From NCBI RefSeq assembly GCF_009914755.1, contig NC_060935.1: 64,000 nucleotides of DNA; one strand, given 5' to 3'. The stretch comes from the human T2T-CHM13v2.0 reference genome, Homo sapiens. Position numbers and translations under genes: made by a program. The notes beneath the pieces are model-generated. The model ran no database searches, was not told the origin of the DNA, and worked only from the letters and a program-made list of their open reading frames with translations. This document shows, one piece after another, positions 14,236 to 26,134 of the stretch (positions within the stretch are counted from its first letter, which is position 1; each line of letters begins with the position of its first letter).

Positions 14236-17200
14236 GCCTGGCTCCACCCTGTCTCCTCCTGCTCAACACCCTCCCAGACTCCCCGCCATCCTCAGGATAA
14301 AGCTGCGCGTGGTCCCAGTGCGTGCATGCGCCCCACTTGTGCCTGAGGAGCTGGAGAAGATGGGCTTTTTCAGGGAGAACAAAGCTGGGGGGTCAATGGG
14401 CAAACTCCGACGACAGCAGGATGACAGACCTTAGGGGGCACTCACCCCTGGATGCCTGAGGAAGAGGCTCCGTTGCTCTCCAAGGAAGCCTCTGGCACTA
14501 ACCCGAGAGATGGGGGCCCATGGGTTGGGGCAATGCCCACATTCCCGACAGCAGCATCTTCCCTGCTGAGGCCAACTCAAGGAGGGAGTGCTAAGGGCAG
14601 GGCCCCATTCTCCGGTGAAGTTGCTCTCTGGACCATGGGGGTGTGGGATCGGAGTGGGGATCGGCGATGAAATGGTGGGGCAGTGGAAAGGACCCCCGAC
14701 CTGAAATCCACAGACCTGAGTTCAAGGTCCTATTCTGTCTTTTGTTGGCTGTGTGACCTTGGGCAGGTGACTTAACTGCTCTGAATCTCAGTGTCCTCAT
14801 CGGTAGATCAGGAAATACTTGTTTCCTCGCAGGGCTTTTGTGAGGAGTCAACGAAACAAGGGTCATGAAGGTACCAGTAGATAGTAGGGTAGCTCCCTGG
14901 CCGGCAGAGGACACAGAACTTGTTTGCTGGTCTTGATCCTGAATGACTCCTGGACCTCCTCAGTAGGTAAAGCAATCATGTTGACTATTTATTCGCCTCA
15001 CAAACTCTTATGAGGGGTAAATGTCACTCAGCCCCTTCTAAAGTATCACAAAATCCCCACTTTCCAGCACCGTCTGCCTACACGCCTCTGCAGTGGGGAC
15101 CATTCAGTGTGTGGGGAGCACTGGGCAGGGGCCAAGGAGCCAGCAGGGACTCTGCTCCAGGCCAGGCCTCCATCTCCCCGGCTGAGCGGTCAGGGGCGAG
15201 CGGGCCTGAGCCCAGAGCAGCCCCAGAAGCTGAGCCAGCTGGCGAGACCCTGCCCTTACCCTCTGAGTGGCCACGCAACTGTGGTTGGTTTCTTTCCTTG
15301 CTGAGCCTCTGTTTTCTAAGAGGTTAGAGGGGCTGCTGAGAAGTTCACAGGAAAGGGCCTTGTCTGCCCTCAGAGAAGGGGCCCTGGGTGAGTCTGCCTT
15401 GAGAAGGTGCCAGTCAGCGTGCCCCCCACAGAGGTCCCGCTCCCTTCAGAATGAGGTGGCCCCATGACCCGGCCCTCCCAGTGTGGCGTCACTAGCCCCA
15501 GGACCCCCCAAGGTGCTCCACCTCTAGGCCTTAGCACAGGAAGGCCCTCCCCCATCTCCACGTGGCCCTGGAAATCACTACCAAGTTCTCCCCTATGTTT
15601 CATATGCGTTTTGAACAGCATTTTACAATCTGCAAAGTACATTCCCTCTCCTTTCCTCAGAGCCCTGCAGCACCACACATCCTCTGAGGGGTGAATCACC
15701 ATCCCGTTTTTCAAATGAAGAAACCGAGGCTGAGAGAAGGGTGGTGGGTGAGCCAAAGATACCCGGGGGGTAGGGGGCATAATCTGAAGCCGGGGCCTTC
15801 TCCACACTTCATGGGGCCTGGCAGGGGACCTGGGATGGTTCAGGGAACCCAGAGTTTGAGTGGGTGATTTGGAGTGCAGATGAGGTGGGAGTGAGCGAAC
15901 AGAGCCACACGTCGAAGGGGCATTTTCAGACTCCAGAACAAGAGGTATGTTGAGCGGGCATCCGGTCTGGAGCAGCTGAGGCTACAGGTGTTGGAGGTTG
16001 CTCCCAGTGTGTGGCAAAGGCCTCCCGTTGCTGTCTGGCACAGAGTCAGGGCCTCAGCACTGCAGGGGGTGGCTGGCAGCAGGTGGGAATGCTGCAGAGG
16101 CCAGCAGGGGCTGGGGGATGAGGGGCTCAAATGCCAGGCACAGGACAGAAACAGGGAAGGATTTTAAGCTGGAGAGAGACCTGGGGCCCGGCCTCCATGG
16201 CAACGCTCTTGAGGGCACTGACTGGGCAGAGACCCTTAGCTCCTGCAACAGGCACACAGCAGGCTGGGCCCGGCCTGGACAGGGCCAGGCTGGGAGCTGG
16301 ACACCTGTGCTCCTGCCCTGGCTGGCTTTCTTTAGTGCCCAGTGTTGCCCCTCCCTGGACCTGGATGCCTCATCTACCGAGTAGATGGGCAGGTTGACAT
16401 TTCCTGCCCTGTTTGCAGTTCGGGGGCTCCTGGGAGCTCAGAGACAGAGGGCATGGAAGCCTTCAGGGAGACTGCCTGGTGCTGAGCCCAGCTGGACCTT
16501 CCTGTCTTAGTCTCCGCATGCGCTGTAGGGGCATCAAGCCCTCCTTGTCCTCCCTCCCAGGGTCAAGGGAGCGAGTGTAGATGCCCTTTGTAAACGGAAC
16601 TGCAAGGCTCCTGAGTACCATTGCTGAGCGGGGAAACAGATGCTTTTCTTTGGACCTGGTCCCCAGGTGTCCTCGGGTTGCAGGGTTTGTGGGTCCTCTA
16701 CTCGTTCTTGTTTGTCATTCATCCATCCCTCCATCCCTCCAACAGCAGCCAAGCCCGCCCCTGGAGCTGCATGACCCAGTACGGGCACTGTGAGGCTTAG
16801 AGACCCTTAGAGGTGACGGGGGCACCACCCCTCCATGTCCACATATGAGAACTGAGGTCCAGAAAGGGGCAGGAGGGAGCCCTAGGATGATCTGAGACAG
16901 CCCCAGAGCCTCAAACTGCTCAGGGTGACCTCTGCCCCTGCCCTGGGTCTGCCGGGGTCTCTCAGGCTTGGGGTGAGTCCAGTGGGATGGGGTCCAGGCC
17001 ACCTTACAGGCTGGGAGTAACCCAGCTCCTGCCGTATAGCTCCCATTCAGGGCCCAGGGTGGGGCGCCCAAGCAGGGACAGCGTGGGGAGGGGGTGGGGT
17101 GTGGAGGAGGTGGGGGGTTGTCCGGGGGTGGCGAGGCTCCGCCCCATGGCGCTGCAGCGCACATGATATTATCTCTGGCCTGGGCTCAGCCTCCAGCAGG

Positions 17201-20092
17201 ATGCGGCTTTCAACACCTTCCTCCCCTCGGACAGGCCGGGGCTTTTTGAGTTTCTCACACATGGATGGAGGGGCTGGGCCTGGGCAGAGGAGGCCCCCAG
17301 CTGAGGCGCCCCCACCCTGAGCCCCCGTCATCAGTCACAGCCCCTCGAGTGAGAGAGGGAAGGGCCGTGGTGCGTGAGAGGCAGAGGGTTGCATGCATGG
17401 TTCCCCTGAGCGTCTCCCCCACCCCCTCCCCTCTGCTCTGTTGTCCATAATCCTGGGCGCCTGTTCAAGGAATTCTCCACCCGTGTGTTAGTGATTTATT
17501 TAGACTCGGCTCATCCCGCCAGCCTGCCCGGCGGGTGACAGGCCCCCACTCCCCACCCCCACCACAGACCCTGGGACCATTTTCATCTCCAGCACGGCAG
17601 GCCTGGCTCTGCTCCAGGCCACTCCAGATGGTAGGGGCTCTGCTTGAGTCTGCAGGCTTTCATGGGACCCTGGAATCTCACTTTTGGGGGCCCAGGTAAC
17701 CGCTTCATGTTCGTGAACCCTCCTCCTCAGTCGTGTTGAGAGCGGCCTATCTGTGTTGGTGATTGTTATTGCTGGGATTTGTTATTAACCCCTCTGGCCC
17801 CCCTGTCCAGCTGGGAAGGTGACAGGTGACTTTTAAGAGCAAGAGAATCTTCGACTCCATCTCCCCATTGAACAAATGGGTGGCTACAGGCCAAGACACA
17901 GCAAGGCCCTGGGAGGTGGTGGGGAGACCCCAGCCCCATGTCTGGCCTTAAGATTCTTGATTCTCTGTCCCCCACACATGATCTCATCTAAGCCTCAGTC
18001 AAACCCTCCCACCAACAAAGGGTACATAGCTCCATCTGACACATGAAGACATGAGGCTGAGAATGGGAGAGGGACCCCTGGTACCCAAACCATCAGGCTA
18101 GGAGCAGAGCACAAGCTTGAATCTGCCTCCATCTCCCTGGGCCTCTCCCTGTCTCCCTAGGTGTAGCCTCCGGCTCTCAGGGCTGGGTTCACTGCTCTGT
18201 GTGACCAGGACTCTGTCCCAGCTGCAGGGCTCTCCTGCCCAGTGGCAGCTGGGCGTGCCTGTGGACACGCATGCTGCACTGTGGGGGCAGGGAGCATACT
18301 CCTGTTCCAAGCCTTCAGGCAGCCCCACCTGCCCTCCTTCTCCAGGGAGCACCAGGCTCATGAGCACTGCGGGTTGGTGCCCACCCCTGCCTCTTTCCCC
18401 TCAGCCCCTCCACCAGGCCTGGTGAGTGTGAGGAAGGGGCTGGATCGCCTGGGGTGGGTGGCAACCCCTTGTGCCATGGCCTGAGATGCTTACCCGCTGC
18501 CCTGGCCTGTGGTTCCAAAGGGGAGCGGTGAGAAGCCTCCATGTTTCCAGCTCTTCTCTGAAGTACCCATCCCAGATGACCTCCTGCTGGGTCCCCTCTG
18601 TCTGCTGGGAAGCGCTTTCTGCCCTACAGAGGCTGCTGCAGCCTGGGAGTCTCTGCCTCCATGTGGGCCTGTAGAGGCTGCAGAGCAGGCCAATCTGGGG
18701 ACCTTTGGGGTCAGGTGCATCTGGGTTGAGTCTTGCCTGTGACAGATTATAACGGATTAGGCTCTGGCTGTCACAGGGCCTGACTCAAACCCAAGCACTA
18801 CACTTTAGAAGTTCTGTGGCTGTAGACAAATCCCTTCGCCTCTCTCGGCCTTGGTTTCCTCCTGGGTGGAGTGAGGTGATAACGGGTTAAGCTTATGGGG
18901 GTGTACTGCAGAGGGCGTGGCCTGGCTGATGGACTGTTGAGAATGGCCCGTCTGTGTTGGCGATTGTTATTGCTGGGATTCCTTATTAGCCCCTCTGGGC
19001 CATGGGCTCCTCTTCATGGGGTGAGATTCCTGATTTAGGCTTCACGAGGCCCTTTGTCCTGGAAGTGGAAGGGAGCCTGGCTATGCCTCTCCTTCCCACA
19101 GTCCCTCGGGGCTATTCCATGAAGGCTAATCTGTCAAACTACAGGGATAACCAGTCACAAACTGGAAGCCCAGGCAGAGGCACGTGCCTGTTAGATCAGG
19201 GGGAGGCCCCTTGGAGGCTGAGCTGTCCACTGGCAACTTCAGCCACCAGCCTTCCACCCTCTCCCTGCATGATGACTTGGGGCAGGCGGTGCAGGCGTCC
19301 CGGAGGAGTACTGGGCTCCCCCAGAGCGGAGGGCACTCTGGACGGAGGTGCTGGGGCCCAGCCAGCTCACTAGCGGGGCCAGCACCCACATGCATTGAGC
19401 CTCTGTCTCCAGCCTCTGCGTGCCAGTGCCTCCCTCACCAAGGCCCCTGGCGGGGGTGCTCCCTGCTCCCCACCTTCTCTAGGGCAGACATGCCCTGGGT
19501 GGTGTAGGTTTGGGGAAGGCTGGGGTCTTGTCTGACCCTCCCTGTCTGGGCCAGGTGCTAGGATCCAGAGGAGGATCCCACCCAAACTGTGCCAGGAGGT
19601 GCCCTCCATCTGGGGTCAGGGAGAGCAGGGATAGTCCAAGGTGGGCCTGTACCTGGTGAGTTTGAGTCCTCTCAGGTCCCCAGAGCCCAATGAAGCGCTT
19701 GTTAAGGGAACGAGTGAGCAACTGAGGCAGTACCCACTGACCCACCGTGTTTTTAAGGCCCCTGCAATTGCAAACTCACCTCCTGGAGCTTCATCCACCT
19801 GAGTGGGGAGGCAGGGGGAGTCCCCTCTCTCCTCCTCCAAGCCAGCTTTGCTGTTGGGAGTTAGGGGTTGGGAGAAAGCAGGAGATGCACGATGGGAGTG
19901 GGGAAGGGCGTGGGTGCTGTTTCCAACACCAGACTGACCGCTCACAGAGGGCCCGAGGGAGCGAAGGCAGGAGGAGCCAGAGTGGTCCAGGTGGTGAGAT
20001 AAACCTGTTTGCAAGGACAAGTCCCTTTCCCAGGGTCACAAGGGAAAGAGAGTCCCCCTGCCCCCAGGGACACCTCTGTGCAACCTGAGCCT

Positions 20093-21190
20093 GTAGCCCC
20101 AAGGGAGGAAACGACACGCACAAGGGGACACACACGCAGGGGGGACACATGCACACGGGGACACACGCACGGGGGACACATGCACAGAGGGGACACACGC
20201 ACGGGGGGACACATGTGTAGCCCCAAAGGGAGGAAACGACACACGCACAGAGAGGACATACGCACAGGGGGGACGCACGCACAGGGGGGACACACGCGTA
20301 GTCCCAAAGGGAGGAAGCGACACACGCACAGAGGGGACACACGCACAGGGGGGACACAAGCACAGGGGGGACACACGCGTAGTCCCAAAGGGAGGAAGCG
20401 ACACACGCACAGAGGGGACATACGCACAGGGGGGACACACGCACAGGGGGGACACAAGCACAGGGGGGACACACGCGTAGTCCCAAAGGGAGGAAGCGAC
20501 ACACGCACAGAGGGGACATACGCACAGGGGGCACACACGCACAGGGGGGACACAAGCACAGGGGGGACACACGCGTAGTCCCAAAGGGAGGAAGCGACAC
20601 ACGCACAGAGGGGACACACGCACAGGGGGGACACAGGCACGGGGGAATGCACGCAGAGGGGGGATGCACGCACAAGGGCAACGCACGCACGGGAGGACAC
20701 AGGCACAGGGGGGACACACACAGCAGGGACTCATGCACAAGGGGAACGCACGCACAGGGAGGACACAGGCACGGAGGGGACACAGGCACGGGGGGACGCA
20801 TGCACGGGAGGACACACGCACGGAAGGGACATGCGCACAGGGGTGACAAATGCACAGGGTTGACTCACGCACGGGGGGCCGCACGCATGGGGAGACATAG
20901 GCACGGGGGGGACACAGGCACGGGGGGGACATAGGCACGGGGGGGACGTAGGCACAGCGGGGACATACACACAGGGGAGATGCAGGCACAGGGAGGACGC
21001 ATGCAAGGTGGGACACATGCACAAGGGGGACGCACGCACAAGGAGGACATGTGCACGGGGGGGATGCATGCACGGGGGGACGTACGCATGGGGAGAGACA
21101 TGCTTGGGAGGACGCACGCACAGGGAGGACACACGCACGGGGGGATGCACGCACAGTGGGGACACACGCACACGGAGGACACATGCATAG
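20093..21190. repeat. Compound minisatellite/VNTR, ~17-bp unit GCACAGGGGGGACACAC with higher-order 81/98-bp repeats
   Basis: Anchor GTAG(T/C)CCCAAAGGGAGGAA recurs at 20093, 20217, 20298, 20379, 20477 and 20575. Degenerate units continue to ~21190. Confidence 0.95.
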
Positions 21191-21499
21191 GGTCGTGGGA
21201 AGTGGAGCTGCTGCCAAAGACAGGCCCGGGGAGTGGAGATGGGTTCTCCCTCCACGCTTGCCCGCCCTCTCTCTTCATCCTTCTGCTGCTCTTGTTCATC
21301 CATGTATTCAGAGAATGTTGTCAGGGTCCCCGAGGGCTGTCTGGGACCTCTTCATCCTTGGTTTGAGCCCACTAGAGCTCAGAAGCAAAACCAGTATCTC
21401 AGAACCCGAACTCCAAACTCAAGTGTGCAGCCCAGAATGAGGACTGGCGGGCAGGGGAGGCTGGCAGCCACTACCCTCACAAGGCTTCCACAACTCTAA

Positions 21500-21836
<337 letters not shown>

Positions 21837-22379
21837 CTCATGCCATCTTTTAATATTCTCTTAATATTTGAAAATCAAAGCGAATTCAATCCTGTGACAA
21901 AATGTGAATGAGAGCAAGGGGACTTGGCTGTGCCCCCGTGTTGGGGGGAACATCCTGGCCTCCCCACCTATAGAGAATCACTGCAGGCAGATTGGCAGCA
22001 GGATAGAGCCCCCAGACCTGCAGCACACAAGGGCTGCTAGTGTCCCTTACACTCACGCAGGAGGGTACCTGCAGGAGGCCAGCCCTGTCTTCCGACAGCT
22101 CAGCCAGTTAGGCTCCTCGCGCTGGTCAGTGCCCTTTCAAATGCAAGCTCTCCTCTGGGGGATGGAACCCAGTCCCTCAGTCCTTAGCGTGAGAGGGCAG
22201 CTGATGCATGCCTATTGCCAACCACATCTTGACATTTTCTGTGGCTTTTAGGGGTTTTGTTTTGAAGCAAAAAGGGTGACTCAGAGGCCCAGAGAACTCC
22301 AAGGTTGTAACCCTAGAGACCAGGGCGAGCATCCTACCAAGATCAGGTGGATCATCTCAGTTCCCCAACAGGCAGGGAG

Positions 22380-22595
22380 GGAGAATCACCTGGAACCCTT
22401 GTGTTTTTTAAATTTATGTTTTATAGAGATAGGATCTGGGTCTCACTCTATTGCCCAGGCTGGCCTGGAACTCCAGGGCTCAAACAATCCTCCTATCTCG
22501 TGGGATTACAGGTGTGAGCCACCTTACCTGACCTGGAACCCTTGCTAAAATGCAGACTCCCAGACCCAGCCCACCCTATTGAGTCGAAATCTCTC
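22380..22595. mobile_element. MER5-type MITE split by an antisense Alu monomer (FLAM-like, ~22405-22533)
   Basis: 'gaatcacctgga...ttgctaaaatgcagactcccagaccc'. Duplicated acctggaacccttg at 22388-22401 and 22531-22544. Confidence 0.7.
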
Positions 22596-22821
22596 TATTT
22601 TTTGTTTTAGGCAGGTCCTGACAAAGTTGTGTGTATGTGCATGCCGTGCAGGGGTCTTTCAGCCCAGCCCTCACCTCTGCTAGGCACAGCCCCTTGGCTT
22701 TGCGGGCACCTCCCATAGGGTCAGCATACACAGAGTCACGGGCAACCCATGGAACTGAAGGAAGATGTCACCGCGCTGCTAACACAGCCTCACTAGTCAA
22801 AACCTGGTTCTGCGCTTCCTC

Positions 22822-23098
22822 CTTTCTTTCTTTTTCTTTCTTTTTTTTGAGACGGAGTTTTGCTTTTGTTGCCCAGGCTGTAGTGGAATGGTGCAATCTC
22901 GCTCACTGCAACCTCCACCTCCCACGTTCAAGAGATACTCCTGCCTCAGCCTCCCGAGTAGCTGGGATTACAGGCAAGTGCTGCCACGCCCGGCTAATTT
23001 TGTATTTTTAGTAGAGACAGGGTTTCTCCATGTTGGTCAGGCTGGTCTCAAACTCCCGAACTCAGGTGATCTGCCCGCCTCGGCCTCCCAAAGTGCTG
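22822..23098 (-). mobile_element. Alu (AluSq/Sp-like, 5'-truncated)
   Basis: Antisense Alu ending at 'cccaaagtgctg'. Confidence 0.92.
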
Positions 23099-23723
23099 CC
23101 TCTTCTCTTTTATGAACAGGAAGAACAATTAAGGAAGAGGTGCTGACACTCCAGGACCCCTGAGAGGCGTCGAGGAGCCTGAGGAGGGCGGCTGCCTCCA
23201 TTACAGTTCTTCGAAGGTTTGTTGACTGCATGAATGAAGGAGATAACAGGGCCAGACTCCCAGGCATGTGGGCCCTGTGGGGTCCAGCTGGCAGCCCTCA
23301 CCACTGTGACCACGGGACAGGTGGGCGGCCCACTGAGCCAACGCCCATCTGCCACGGGCTGATGCGGTGAGAGCACAGCTGGAGGCCTGGCCGGGGGTCT
23401 CCTTCCTTCCGGCCCCCCGGTCAAGTTCACTGTGAAGAGAGGAGGTGAGACGTCCAGCCCGCCCTGGGATCCCCGTGGGAGCCCAGTTATTTACTGGAAA
23501 CAGTGAGGGATGAATTCTTGGCAGCTTCACTCCATGCGAAGCAGAGACACGGCTCAGCACCAGTCTGGTTTTGATCAGTTCCAACCAAACAGACAGCTTG
23601 TTAAACCTGAGCTGAAGGCCTCCCTTCTGGAACCCTTGCCCTGCCCTCCCCTCCCACCCCAGGGCTGTAAGGCCCCCTTGAAGAGCAGTGGGTCCAGCCC
23701 GCCCATTTTACAGATGGAGAGAC

Positions 23724-23979
23724 CAGGCTGGAGTGCAATGGCATGATTTTTGGCTCACTGCAGCCTCCGCCTCCTAGGTTCAAGTGATTCTCCTGCCTCA
23801 GCCTCCCCAGTAGCTGGGATTACAGGCACCCGCTACCACGCCCAGCTAATTTTTGTATTTTTAGTAGAGACGGGGTTTCACCATGTTGGCCAGGCTGGTC
23901 TCAAACTCCTGACCTCGTGATCCGCCCGCCTCGGCCTCCCAAAGTGCTGGGATTACAGGCGTGAGCCACCGCCCCTGGC
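23724..23979 (-). mobile_element. Alu (AluS) lacking its 3' tail, abutting a MIR fragment
   Basis: Starts abruptly at 'ccaggctggagtgcaatgg' right after MIR 'cccattttacagatg'. Confidence 0.9.
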
Positions 23980-25603
23980 CACCCTCAAGGCCCTTTGATC
24001 TTCCGCCACTTCCAGTAGCTGGAGCCTGGGCTGGCAGGGCCCCAGCAGTGATGGATGTGCCCTCCTGGCATCCCGTTGGGAAACACGTGTCCACTCACGC
24101 AGGTCCTGGGGCTTCTGCCCGGCATTCAAGCCCCCAGCCCTGGCTCCCATGGCTCATTTGCCCACACGCAGCCCTTATGTCCACTCAGTGCCTTTATCTC
24201 CCCCAGCCACATTGTCTCTGCCCCCACCGTCTCGTCCTGTAGAGCCGTCCAGGCCAGAGTCAAGTTTATGAGTTCCTGATCTAGTTCACACATGGCTTTC
24301 ACGTGTGGCCCCTCACTTTATCCCCACCATTACTTGTGAAGCAGGTGCCACTGTGATGGTCCCCATTTTACAGAGGGAGCCACTGAGGCTTGGAGATGCA
24401 AAGTCACTGCCTGCTGTTGGTGAGCAGGGATTGAGGTTCTGATCTGTATGTTCACTTGCTGCAGGGCTTGGCCAAGAGGCTCAAAAAATCCTGGAGTCAG
24501 GGCTAGAAGGAGTCTGGGGAGGGAGTGGCATTTAATCCAAACTCAGGAGATCACTAACACTCAGAATCTTGGAAACTCTGTGCCTGGAAGGACTCTTGCT
24601 GGTCACTGAAACCACCCACCCCACTCAGCAGTAGCCTCCAGCCCTTGCTTGGACACTCCCAGGGATCGGAAGCGCACTTCTTCCCACTTGGGTCAGCGCC
24701 TGCCCTTGTGGGACTGCTGTGACTGGAGGAACACCTTTTCTCCCACAGAGCCAAGAGCTGTGTGCCTCCCAGGCCAATCAGAGTCTGGAGGCCACCACAG
24801 AGGGCCCCTGGGTCCTCTTCCTTCCAGGCAGGCAACAAGGGAGGAATGGGGTGAGGTGGACCTCTGGGGCTGGGCTGGAGAGGGGGGAGGTTCCCAGCTC
24901 AGGCCACAAGGGCAGAGCAGGAAGTTCAACCCCACCTGCCACTGATGTGTGGCCCCCACGAAGTCTCTGCCCATCTCCGAGTCCTATTTCTCCATCTGGA
25001 AATGAGAGAGGGCAGCTGAGAGGCTGACAAGCTCCCAGTTCGCAGTGTGGGCATCATCAAGGGCTGTGGGAATCTCAGGTGACCTTTGACTGCCCTCATC
25101 TCCCCAAGGTTGTGGGGGTGCCGCACCAGCAGCTCCTTCCAAGCATTGATTCACAGCTGGGGAGCACCTGGTGGGCAGATGTGGGCTCCCGTCACCCTGC
25201 TGGATCCTGCTTGTGTGCAGGCATGAGTGTTCGTGTGTGTGCGTGTTGTGCACATACGTGTCTGAGAGTGCATTGGGAAGTGAGGGCAGCACCCAGTGGG
25301 GTCAGGGGAAGGTGCTGGGTCTGCTGACTCACAGTGGGACCCTGGGAAGTCCCTGGCCCATCGCGCCCAGCCCCTCACGGGCCCTGAGTAGTGCCCTTCT
25401 GAGCAGAGCCTCCGCTGCAGCTCAGGGCCCTGGGGCTGTGGGGGCGTGAATGTGCCTTCTCCGCCCCAACCTCCGCCCGTGCCAGACACCGAGGCAGCGA
25501 GTGAGTCTGCCTCAGGCAACGAGTGTCTCAGGAGGATGCAGCCATGCAGGGCATTTTCTGAGAGCAAAGAGAGCCTGGTGTCAAGGTTGGGTGGAGGGGG
25601 TGA

Positions 25604-26134
<531 letters not shown>

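Noticed and set aside
20093-20640. CRISPR-like look (constant ~30-bp repeat with variable-length spacers)
   Set aside because: The spacers are copies of the same 17-bp subunit rather than unique sequence. There are no cas genes and the context is human.
19791-21303. Long Cys/Pro/Val-rich ORFs (354, 393, 259 aa) and His/Gly/Thr-rich ORFs on the opposite strand
   Set aside because: They are open in several frames only because the VNTR is nearly T-free on one strand. There is no promoter, splice or domain evidence.
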